Shown: piece after piece, positions 9,024-17,183 of the stretch
Layout of the letters: every line of letters starts with the position of its first letter
Position numbering within the stretch: the first letter of the stretch is position 1
Assembly (NCBI GenBank): GCA_030527115.1
Contig: JAUNBM010000003.1
Span: forward strand, 5,837-69,836
Direction: 5' to 3'
DNA: 64,000 nucleotides
Source of the DNA: Clostridia bacterium
GTDB taxonomy: Bacteria; Bacillota; Clostridia; Christensenellales; CAG-138
Notes under the pieces: model-generated
What the model was told of the DNA's origin: nothing
Seen by the model: only the letters and a program-made list of their open reading frames with translations
Database searches by the model: none
Translations under genes and position numbers: made by a program

Positions 9024-9781
9024 AAACGCTTATCACGGAAAGGCTCAAACTGCGCGAATGGACGATGGAGGACGCTCCGGACCTGTTTGAATACGCGCAA
9101 AATCCCCGGGTCGGCCTGAATGCGGGCTGGTATCCGCACACAAGCCTTCGCGATTCGGAGGAATACATAAGCCTTGCTTCCAAGGCGGGGGACGTTTGGG
9201 CGATTGAGCATATCGAACAGGGCAAAGTCATAGGGGGAATAGGCCTGCATGCGGGCGGCCTGAGAAAAGCCGATTGGGCGCGGGAGCTGGGCTATGTGCT
9301 GAGCGAAGCATATTGGGGCAGGGGCTTGATGAGCGAGGCGGTCAACGCGGTATTGAAATTCGGCTTCGAGGAGCTGGAGCTTAAGATAATCAGCGTCAGG
9401 CACTTTAACGGAAACGACCGTAGCAGGCGGGTAATTCAAAAGAGCGGGTTCCGCTTTGAGGGCGTTGCGTCGACGGCGCTGTTCTTCGACGGCAGGGTAA
9501 TAGACGAGTGGTGCTATTCCATTACCTGCGATGAGTGGCGGGGCAAGCGGGGCAGGCCCATACAAAACCACCGTTTCTATCAAAATCTGCAATGCGAGTT
9601 CTTTCCCTGCCATCCGACCGAGGACGCGGAACGCTTCTCATGCCAGTTCTGCTACTGTCCGCTGTATGCCCGGGAGGACTGCGGCGGATGCTACGTTGTT
9701 TTGGAAAACGGAATCAAGGATTGCTCCAGGTGCCTGAAGCCGCATTACGACTACGACGGGATAGTGAAGCGCCTCCGATGA
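9020..9781 (+). CDS. GNAT N-acetyltransferase (RimJ/RimL-like) fused to a C-terminal cysteine-rich small domain
   Basis: The ATG overlaps the upstream TGA (ATGA). TERLKLREWTMEDAPDLFEYAQNP...GYVLSEAYWGRGLMSEAV...NDRSRRVIQKSGFRFEG, then CEFFPCHP...FSCQFCYCPLYAREDCGGCY...KDCSRCLKPH. Confidence 0.8.
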   Translation: MKTLITERLKLREWTMEDAPDLFEYAQNPRVGLNAGWYPHTSLRDSEEYISLASKAGDVWAIEHIEQGKVIGGIGLHAGGLRKADWARELGYVLSEAYWGRGLMSEAVNAVLKFGFEELELKIISVRHFNGNDRSRRVIQKSGFRFEGVASTALFFDGRVIDEWCYSITCDEWRGKRGRPIQNHRFYQNLQCEFFPCHPTEDAERFSCQFCYCPLYAREDCGGCYVVLENGIKDCSRCLKPHYDYDGIVKRLR

Positions 9782-10482
9782 AGCTAATCGTTACCCGATA
9801 CGAATATCCCTGTAAAGAGGGGCGCGGGCTCAAAATAGCGCAGGTCTCGGATCTGCACAACGAGGAGTTCAAAAATGACGAGCTTTTGCACAGGCTTTGC
9901 GCGGAAAAACCGGACCTAATCGCAGTCACCGGAGATTTTTTCAACAGGCACCGCCCATATGACGAGGGGCCCGCCTTAAGCTTTTTTCGGGAGGCCGCCA
10001 AGCGGTTCAAGGTGTTTTGTATAGAGGGAAACCATGAACGCGAGATAGGGGAGCGCTTGAGATGGCGGGAAAAATTCGCCACAATGGGCGCAATCGTGCT
10101 GGACAACGCCTTTGTGGATTTAACCGTTGGCGATTGCAGGCTTCGGATAGCCGGAGCTATGGAGAGGGCGGCGGTGGAGAGTATAGCCGCCATGCAGACG
10201 GAGGAACGCCTCACCGTAACGCTGTCCCACAGGGCGGAGAGATTCGAGGATTATGTTGCCGCAGGATGCAGGCTGACACTCTGCGGTCATGCGCACGGAG
10301 GGCAGATGCGGCCCTTCGGAATCGGGCTGTATTCGCCCGAGCAGGGGGTTTTCCCAAAGTATACAAAGGGCGTATACCGCCGCGGCGCGACCACGATGAT
10401 AGTGTCAACGGGGCTGGGAAACACGGTTGGAGTTCCCCGACTGTGGAATCCGCGTGAACTTGTCCTTATTTCCTTGCGATAA
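9778..10482 (+). CDS. metallophosphoesterase (calcineurin-like)
   Basis: ATGA overlap with the GNAT gene. SDLH, TGDF, GNHE and GHAHGGQ motifs. The 81 upstream codons of the track ORF overlap the GNAT gene. Confidence 0.85.
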   Translation: MKLIVTRYEYPCKEGRGLKIAQVSDLHNEEFKNDELLHRLCAEKPDLIAVTGDFFNRHRPYDEGPALSFFREAAKRFKVFCIEGNHEREIGERLRWREKFATMGAIVLDNAFVDLTVGDCRLRIAGAMERAAVESIAAMQTEERLTVTLSHRAERFEDYVAAGCRLTLCGHAHGGQMRPFGIGLYSPEQGVFPKYTKGVYRRGATTMIVSTGLGNTVGVPRLWNPRELVLISLR

Positions 10483-10528
10483 GTTTAAAAAAGGTATATA
10501 CTGATAAAAACGAAAGGAGACGGAGAAG

Positions 10529-11401
10529 GTGTTTTCAGCAGCAATAGAGAAGGTAGCGGGCTTTACCCGTCCGATATATACGATTCGCAGAAGGTATCCC
10601 GACAACACGATAATCAAGGACTGCGGCACGATGTTCTTTGTCAACGACCGGGGAACGGCGCTTACGGCGAAGCATGTCGCCTCAACTTTCCCTGCCGCCG
10701 AGCAGCTTGACAAAAAGTATAAGGAGTTTTTGGCGGAGCGGAGCAGACTGAAGCATGACGCCACCTTTCAATTCGAGGAGAAGTTGCTTGCCAAGCGGTA
10801 CGGCTTTACAAAGGATTCGATCACCCAGGTTTGCAACTCGTTTGTCAACTGTGTGCAGGGCGAGAAAGGCTTTACCATAACGGCGCATCCAAAGTATGAC
10901 CTGGCGCTGATTCAGTTTAACGCGCCCGGCAAGTATCTCTATTACGGCCACGCCGTATTTGCCAAGAGCGCGCCCAAGGTGGGAACGAGCGTATGCCGCC
11001 TCAGCTATCCTTTCCCCGAGTTTACCAACTATCGGTTCAACGAGGAGCAGGACAGGATTGAGTTCACGCAGGAGGGAAAGACGGCGACCCCCTATTTTCC
11101 GGTAGACGGGATGATCACCCGCTATCTCAGCGATTCCGACAGGCTTTTCGCCATCGAGACAAGCACCCCCGGTATGTTGGGGAACAGCGGAGGCCCGATG
11201 TTTGACAGGAACGGTGTCGTCTGCGGGATGCAGTTTGCCATAGCTACGATAAGGCAAACTATCAATGCGCCGAACAGGAAGGACGCGAGCGGGAATCCGG
11301 TGGAAGCTCAGACCTTTGAATACAGACTGGGCAACTGCATCCATGTGGATGTTATAAAGGATTTTCTCCGCGCAAACGGCGTTACGTTTACGGAGGAATG
11401 A
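10529..11401 (+). CDS. trypsin-like (S1/chymotrypsin fold) serine peptidase without signal peptide
   Basis: GTG start after GGAGACGGAGAAG. TAKHV (His), YDLALIQ (Asp) and GNSGGPMFD (Ser). Confidence 0.75.
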   Translation: MFSAAIEKVAGFTRPIYTIRRRYPDNTIIKDCGTMFFVNDRGTALTAKHVASTFPAAEQLDKKYKEFLAERSRLKHDATFQFEEKLLAKRYGFTKDSITQVCNSFVNCVQGEKGFTITAHPKYDLALIQFNAPGKYLYYGHAVFAKSAPKVGTSVCRLSYPFPEFTNYRFNEEQDRIEFTQEGKTATPYFPVDGMITRYLSDSDRLFAIETSTPGMLGNSGGPMFDRNGVVCGMQFAIATIRQTINAPNRKDASGNPVEAQTFEYRLGNCIHVDVIKDFLRANGVTFTEE

Positions 11402-11452
11402 GCGGCGCTTCTGGCAAAAATGTGATGGGTTTGTAAATAGTTTCCTGCATTC

Positions 11453-11481
11453 TTGACTGATTGAGCCGGAGAAAGTATAAT
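11453..11481 (+). promoter_or_regulatory. sigma-A-type promoter of the dockerin-sortase gene
   Basis: TTGACT, 17 nt, TATAAT. Confidence 0.65.
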
Positions 11482-11510
11482 CAATGGTAGTAAAATAAGG
11501 GAGAATTCTA

Positions 11511-13040
11511 ATGAAAAAGAAGATTTCTTTTTTGCTCGTTCTGATGATGGCTATCGGCGTTTTTTGCGCCATGCCGCTTGCGGCGGCCGCCGAAAGCCAG
11601 ATAGTAGGCGATGCAGATATGAACGGAGCAATTGAGGCGAACGATGCGGCGACGGTTTTGCGCCATGTTGTGCGCATCAGCGAACTGACGGGACAAGCGC
11701 TGATAAATGCGGACGCAAACTGCGACGGCGAAGTGAATTCGCAGGACAGCGCGCTGATACTGCGCTATGTAGTCAAGCTGGAAACGGTTCTCCCGCCTTC
11801 GGGAGGAACGCTGGTTACCCCGCCGATAACCAATACTCCCCCTCCGACGGCGACCCCAACGCCAACTCCAACTCCAACTCCGTTTATCAACCGCTCGCTG
11901 GGCGACGTCGACCTTAATGGAAATATTGAGGCGGCGGACGCTTCGATGATCCTGAGATATTTGGTCCGGCTGACGGATCTTACCGACATACAGCTCAAGA
12001 ATGCTGACGTCACCTTTGACGAGCAGGTGTCCGCGTCCGACGCTGCACGCATCTTGAGATATATTGTCAGGCTGATCAGCGATTTGAATATCTGGCCCGA
12101 TCCCACCGCTGTTCCAACGGTAACTCCAACGCCCACGGCAACTCCGGTGCCAACTAACAAGGACGGACTGCCCGCCGCGGGAACCAAGGGCCTCATCGTG
12201 CCGGACGACGATCCCAACTACGAAAGAATAATGGGCTACTATCTCAACCGCAGTCTGTGGACTAACGAGCTGAACCCGAACAATTCGAGCTATTCGGAAA
12301 GCGAGTTTTGGACCTCGTCGATACCTCAACGCTCGTTCCGCTTTATTACCGTAAATATGCAGGGCAAGACGGAACGCGGCCTCAACGGAGCGGTCTACGA
12401 TTATACCGCGAACAACGAGGACATAATCGGATGGGTGCGCATGGCGTTCTACGGCAAGGAAAACAATAGAAGCCGGCCCTATACCGCGAACATCGGGATA
12501 AGCGATTATCGCGTTATAGACGAACCTATAATGTACGACCCCTATGGCAGGCAGTATTATTTCGATCATACCTGCTACGGACTTGAAACCGCCGGCGGCT
12601 CGCTGATGGCATACTATGATACGCTGGCGAAGAATATCGTTGTCACGGGCCACAATTCGAGGCCGACCAAGACGCATTTCCATCATCTGCACACGATGCA
12701 GAGCGGGGCGAAGTATTATGGTTCGAGCATCAATCCCGACAACTATATCTTCGACATCTCCATCTTCGGGCTTACCAAGTGGCAGGTGTGGGCGATGTAT
12801 GAGACTTCGGAGAACGAGCCGTCCTCAACGCTGTTGTACAACATAAGCTCCTCCTGCGGAACGGACGGCAATGTGCAAAACTGGATCAATACCCAGCTTA
12901 CAAGGAGCGAGGTGAACTTCAAGGTTTCCGTCTCCACGAACGACCAGTTCTTGACGCTGTACACCTGCGCCGACGCCTATGACAGCAGCGATGATACGAC
13001 TCAGGCGAGGCTGTATGTGTTCCTGAAGTATGTTGGATAG
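11511..13040 (+). CDS. class B sortase with N-terminal signal peptide and two dockerin type-I modules
   Basis: - Signal peptide MKKKISFLLVLMMAIGVFCAMPLAAAAE.
- Dockerin 1: GDADMNGAIEANDAATVLRHVV + NADANCDGEVNSQDSALILRYVV.
- TP linker.
- Dockerin 2: GDVDLNGNIEAADASMILRYLV + NADVTFDEQVSASDAARILRYIV.
- Catalytic part: NEDIIGWVRM, YYFDH, NIVVTGHNSR (His), LTLYTCAD (Cys), ARLYVF (Arg). Confidence 0.8.
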   Translation: MKKKISFLLVLMMAIGVFCAMPLAAAAESQIVGDADMNGAIEANDAATVLRHVVRISELTGQALINADANCDGEVNSQDSALILRYVVKLETVLPPSGGTLVTPPITNTPPPTATPTPTPTPTPFINRSLGDVDLNGNIEAADASMILRYLVRLTDLTDIQLKNADVTFDEQVSASDAARILRYIVRLISDLNIWPDPTAVPTVTPTPTATPVPTNKDGLPAAGTKGLIVPDDDPNYERIMGYYLNRSLWTNELNPNNSSYSESEFWTSSIPQRSFRFITVNMQGKTERGLNGAVYDYTANNEDIIGWVRMAFYGKENNRSRPYTANIGISDYRVIDEPIMYDPYGRQYYFDHTCYGLETAGGSLMAYYDTLAKNIVVTGHNSRPTKTHFHHLHTMQSGAKYYGSSINPDNYIFDISIFGLTKWQVWAMYETSENEPSSTLLYNISSSCGTDGNVQNWINTQLTRSEVNFKVSVSTNDQFLTLYTCADAYDSSDDTTQARLYVFLKYVG

Positions 13041-13077
13041 GATGAGCTGATTAGTTAAAAAAAGAATTAGCGAGTTT

Positions 13078-13119
13078 AGCCGCCATTTCGCCCTCAAGGG
13101 AGCTGTGGCGGCTCTTTTG
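13078..13119 (+). terminator. intrinsic terminator
   Basis: AGCCGCCA...TGGCGGCT stem followed by CTTTTG. Confidence 0.6.
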
Positions 13120-13225
13120 CGCCTTAAAATCCGGCGCGAAACGGCGTTGTGGCAGGCATGGATTGCAAAATAATGCGGGCGGCGTTTGTATTTCCATTTT
13201 CGGTCTTTTGTGCTATAATGGCGGC

Positions 13226-14446
13226 ATGGAACAGGCGGTTTTTTCGGTAAGCGAATTAAACGAATATGTTCAGCTCACATTAAGCCATGATCCGAACCTG
13301 AGAAACCTCCGGGTTCAGGGCGAGATATCGGGCTTTCATCGTCATAGCTCGGGGCATCTGTACTTCACATTGAAGGACGATAAAGCGGCGGTTCGTTGCG
13401 TAATGTTTCGTTCGGCGGCGATGAAGCTCCGCTTTTCACTCAAGGACGGGGTGCGCGTTCAGATAAGCGGTCAGGCGTCGCTCTATCAAAAGGACGGGAG
13501 CTTTCAAGTCTATTGCGAAGGGATGGAGGAACTCGGCGAGGGCGAGCTGTTTTTAAAGTTTTTGAAGCTCAAGGAGGAGCTGGCAAAAAAGGGCTATTTT
13601 GACGAGGCAAGGAAAAGGTCAATTCCGGCGCTTCCTAATTGCGTTGGGATAGCGACGAGCAAAACGGGCGCCGCCCTCCAGGATATGTTGAATATTCTCA
13701 AGCGCCGCTTTCCCACGATGCCATACAGGCTGTACCATTGCGCGGTTCAGGGAGTGGGGGCGGCGAAGGAGATTGCAAAGGCGATAGACGCGGCGAATGC
13801 GGAGGGGGTCTGCGACGTTTTGATAGTCGGGCGGGGCGGCGGAAGTCTGGAGGATCTCTGGGCGTTCAACGAGCTTCCGGTTGCCGAGGCCATATACCGC
13901 TCCGAAATCCCGATAATCTCCGCCGTCGGACACGAGACGGACTTTTCGATCGCTGACTTTGCCGCCGATCTGCGCGCGCCCACGCCATCGGCGGCGGCAG
14001 AGCTGGCGGTACCCGAATACGAGGCTTTGCTCAGGCGGCTCTTAGAGCTTAGGATACGGCTGAATAACGCGCTCGGAAGCGGAATAGAGCGGAAGAAGGC
14101 GCGGCTTGAGCTGTTGGCGCATTCGCCGGCTTTGCAGAAGGCGGGGCTGACTTTGCTTTTTGAACAGCAACGGAGCGGCGAGCTGTTTGAACGGCTCAAC
14201 AGAAGGGCGGGCGAGCTGTTGAACAAGCGAAATTCCGCCCTCAGCGAACTGGGAGCGCGGCTTAAAGCCTGCAATCCGAGGGAGGTTTTAAAGCGCGGGT
14301 TCGCTCTGGTGAGCGGGGCGGACGGAGCCCTTATTTGCAGGGCGGAGGAGCTTAGTTTGGATCAGGAGTTGAATATTAGATTTGCAGACGGCATGGCAAA
14401 CGCCGTTGTGCGGGAAAGGACTTTGGATGAGCGGGAAAACCTATGA
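13226..14446 (+). CDS. xseA: exodeoxyribonuclease VII large subunit
   Basis: MEQAVFSVSELNEYVQLTL... with an OB-fold N-terminus. Followed by xseB. The track start at 13163 adds 21 non-homologous residues. Confidence 0.9.
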   Translation: MEQAVFSVSELNEYVQLTLSHDPNLRNLRVQGEISGFHRHSSGHLYFTLKDDKAAVRCVMFRSAAMKLRFSLKDGVRVQISGQASLYQKDGSFQVYCEGMEELGEGELFLKFLKLKEELAKKGYFDEARKRSIPALPNCVGIATSKTGAALQDMLNILKRRFPTMPYRLYHCAVQGVGAAKEIAKAIDAANAEGVCDVLIVGRGGGSLEDLWAFNELPVAEAIYRSEIPIISAVGHETDFSIADFAADLRAPTPSAAAELAVPEYEALLRRLLELRIRLNNALGSGIERKKARLELLAHSPALQKAGLTLLFEQQRSGELFERLNRRAGELLNKRNSALSELGARLKACNPREVLKRGFALVSGADGALICRAEELSLDQELNIRFADGMANAVVRERTLDERENL

Positions 14447-14621
14447 ACAGAAGGTCGCGGAGCTTGAGGAGATTGTCGGCAGGCTCGAAAGCGGGAATGT
14501 GCCCTTGAACGAGATGATAAGCCTTTATGAGCAGGGAATTAAGCTCTACGAGGCTTTGGCAAAACAGCTTGCGGATTACGAGAAGCGGCTGAATGAGAAT
14601 AAGGAGAAGACGGATGCTTGA
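14427..14621 (+). CDS. xseB: exodeoxyribonuclease VII small subunit
   Basis: MSGKTYEQKVAELEEIVGRLESGNVPLNEMISLYEQG. Overlaps the xseA end. Confidence 0.9.
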   Translation: MSGKTYEQKVAELEEIVGRLESGNVPLNEMISLYEQGIKLYEALAKQLADYEKRLNENKEKTDA

Positions 14622-15354
14622 AACGGCGTTAAGAGAGCTGCTCGAACGCGAGATTCAAGACGAAAAGCTCCTTGAGATGGCGAAATACTGCGTTTTGGAC
14701 GGGGGCAAGCGAATCCGGCCAAGGCTGTGCCTTATGACGGTGCAGATGCTCGGCGGAAGCGTTGAGCGCGCTCTGCCGTTTGCCTGCGCCATAGAGCTGA
14801 TACACGCCTATTCGCTGGTTCACGACGACCTTCCTGCAATGGACAACGATGATTTCAGGCGCGGAAAACCCTCCTGCCATAAGCGGTTCGGCGTGGCTGA
14901 AGCCATCCTCACAGGGGACGCCCTGCTGACGCTTGCCGCGCTTGCGCTCTCGCGTGTCGAGGGCGGGGACGAGGCGAAGGCGGAGATATTTCGGGCGGCG
15001 CTGTTGATGGTGGAGGGGCAGAGATACGACCTCTGCGAAACGGTGGATTCCGAAGCGAAGCTGTTGGAGCTGTATCGGAAAAAGACCGGCGCGCTGATGC
15101 TCTCGGGAATACTGTGCGCCGCCAAGCTTGAAGGTTGCACGGCGGAGCAGTATAATAAGCTCAAGCTGTTCGGAGAAAAGCTGGGGCTGTTGTTCCAGCT
15201 CACGGACGATGTGTTGGACGGGGATCAGCGTTTAGTAACGGCGGAGGACAGGATAAAGGATTTAGCCGATGAGGCGCTGGCCGCGCTGGAGGACTTTCCC
15301 GCGTCGGAGGAGCTGAAGACGCTGGTTGTCAGCATCAAAAAAAGGAGTGAATGA
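14614..15354 (+). CDS. ispA: polyprenyl (farnesyl/geranylgeranyl) diphosphate synthase, short form (246 aa)
   Basis: LVHDDLPAMDNDDFRRGKPS (first DDxxD) and FQLTDDVLD (second). Lies in the canonical xseB-ispA-dxs position. Confidence 0.85.
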   Translation: MLETALRELLEREIQDEKLLEMAKYCVLDGGKRIRPRLCLMTVQMLGGSVERALPFACAIELIHAYSLVHDDLPAMDNDDFRRGKPSCHKRFGVAEAILTGDALLTLAALALSRVEGGDEAKAEIFRAALLMVEGQRYDLCETVDSEAKLLELYRKKTGALMLSGILCAAKLEGCTAEQYNKLKLFGEKLGLLFQLTDDVLDGDQRLVTAEDRIKDLADEALAALEDFPASEELKTLVVSIKKRSE

Positions 15355-17183
15355 TGGCTTATTCACTATTGGATTCAATCCACGGAATCGACGACTTAAA
15401 AAAGCTTCGTATAAACCAGCTCGATCAGCTCGCGGCTGAAATACGCGGCTTTATGATAGAATCCGTGTCGAATACGGGCGGGCATTTGGCGTCAAGCCTC
15501 GGCGCAATCGAGCTGATAATAGCCACGCACTATGTGTTCGACAGCCCAAGGGACAGGATAGTATTCGACGTGGGGCATCAGTCCTATGCCCACAAGATTT
15601 TAACGGGACGGCGCGAGCAGTTCGCCCTGTTGCGCCAGGAGGGCGGGATCTCCGGCTTTCCTAAGCGCGAGGAGAGCGAGCATGACGCTTTCAATACCGG
15701 CCATGCAAGCACCTCCATATCGGCGGCGCTCGGCATGGCGAGGGCGCGCAAGCTCCTCAACGAGGAGGGCAGTTGCGTAGCCTTCATAGGCGATGGAGCC
15801 ATGACCGGCGGGCTGGCTATGGAGGCGATGGACGATATTGACGATTACGAGCTTCCGCTGGTTTTGATTTTGAACGACAACGAGATGTCGATAGCCCCAA
15901 ACGTCGGGGCGGTGAACCGGAGGCTAACCAAGCTCCGGACGAACAAGGGCTATGTCCGGTTCAAGCGTTGCTTAGTCCGCACGCTCGATACGAGCCGCGG
16001 GGGCAAATGGCTGTCACGGCACATGGAGCGAACCCGCGACAGGGTTAAGCGCTTCATCATGCCCAACCTCCCGTTTGAGGACTTCGGGCTTATATATCTG
16101 GGGCCGGTGGACGGTCATGATATAAAAAAGCTGATAAAGATGCTGAGAAGCGCAAAGGAGCTTCACAAGCCGGTTATAGTCCATGCGAGAACGATAAAAG
16201 GGAAGGGCTATTCGTTCTCCGAAACGAATCCCGAACGCTTTCACGGCATAGCGCCGTTTTCGGTGATGACCGGCAAGGTGAGAACCACCGGGCAGATGAA
16301 CTGCTCCGAGGTGTTTGGCAAAACCATGCTGGAGATTGCGCAACGGCGCGAGGACGTCGTTGCGATAACCGCCGCGATGCCGTCGGGCACGGGGCTTTCC
16401 GAATTTTCCGAGCGATATCCGAGCCGCTTTTTCGATGTTGGAATCGCGGAGGAACACGCGCTGACGATGGCGGCGGGAATGGCTACCGTTGGCATTCGCC
16501 CCGTGGTTGCTATTTACTCCTCCTTTTTACAGCGCGGCTATGACGAGCTGTTGCACGATATTTGCCTGCAAAATCTTCCGGTGGTCGTTGCGGTGGACAG
16601 GGCGGGGCTCGTAGGCGAGGACGGGGAGACGCATCAGGGCATATTCGACCCGGCGTTTTTAATCACGATGCCGAATCTGACCGTCTATTCTCCGGCAACG
16701 CTGGAGGAGCTTTCTGTCATGCTCAATATGGCGGTGGACAGCGGGCGGCCGTCCGCAGTCCGGTATAACCGTGGGACTTTGCCGAGCGAGAAGCTTTCAA
16801 GCCCGGTCGCTTACGGCAAATGGGAGATAAAGCTTCCGATAGCCGAAGTCACAGTGGTCTCAACCGGAACGATGCTCCCGATAGCGCATTGGGTTGCAAA
16901 GAAGCACGGAGTCGGGCTGGTTCACGCCAGGTTCTTAAGCCCGCTCGACCGTGAGGTGTTGGATGAAATCCAAAAAAAGCGCTCCAAGGTGCTGGTGGTT
17001 GAGGAAAACGTGCTTGCGCTCGGAGGCATTTTGGCGCACGAGCTAAACCCATGCCGGGTGAGGACGCTGTGCCTGCCGAACGAGCCGGTTACGCATGCTT
17101 GCATAGACAGACAGCGGGAATGGTATGGGCTCACCGAGAAGGGGATTGAGACGGCGCTCAGGGAACTGGCGGTTGAAGAATGA
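15351..17183 (+). CDS. dxs: 1-deoxy-D-xylulose-5-phosphate synthase
   Basis: 610 aa. GGHLASSLG, FDVGHQSYAHKILTGR and GDGAMTGG (ThDP motif). Confidence 0.95.
   Translation: MMAYSLLDSIHGIDDLKKLRINQLDQLAAEIRGFMIESVSNTGGHLASSLGAIELIIATHYVFDSPRDRIVFDVGHQSYAHKILTGRREQFALLRQEGGISGFPKREESEHDAFNTGHASTSISAALGMARARKLLNEEGSCVAFIGDGAMTGGLAMEAMDDIDDYELPLVLILNDNEMSIAPNVGAVNRRLTKLRTNKGYVRFKRCLVRTLDTSRGGKWLSRHMERTRDRVKRFIMPNLPFEDFGLIYLGPVDGHDIKKLIKMLRSAKELHKPVIVHARTIKGKGYSFSETNPERFHGIAPFSVMTGKVRTTGQMNCSEVFGKTMLEIAQRREDVVAITAAMPSGTGLSEFSERYPSRFFDVGIAEEHALTMAAGMATVGIRPVVAIYSSFLQRGYDELLHDICLQNLPVVVAVDRAGLVGEDGETHQGIFDPAFLITMPNLTVYSPATLEELSVMLNMAVDSGRPSAVRYNRGTLPSEKLSSPVAYGKWEIKLPIAEVTVVSTGTMLPIAHWVAKKHGVGLVHARFLSPLDREVLDEIQKKRSKVLVVEENVLALGGILAHELNPCRVRTLCLPNEPVTHACIDRQREWYGLTEKGIETALRELAVEE

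Noticed and set aside
11820-11885. Short tandem nucleotide repeats (CCAAC(G/T)CC-type) here and at 56985-57050, considered as a possible repeat array.
   Set aside because: Both are in frame inside long ORFs and encode (Thr-Pro)n inter-domain linkers. There are no spacers or leader, so this is not CRISPR-like.
11508-12692. A 394-aa minus-strand ORF.
   Set aside because: It is antisense to the dockerin-sortase gene. The forward frame carries a signal peptide, dockerin repeats and the sortase catalytic motifs, while the reverse frame is Arg-rich and looks non-coding.
8584-13040. The idea that the accessory-looking genes after tRNA-Lys form a genomic island integrated at the tRNA.
   Set aside because: There is no integrase, recombinase or transposase. 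I could not find a direct repeat of the tRNA 3' end downstream. Codon usage and GC content look like the rest of the window.
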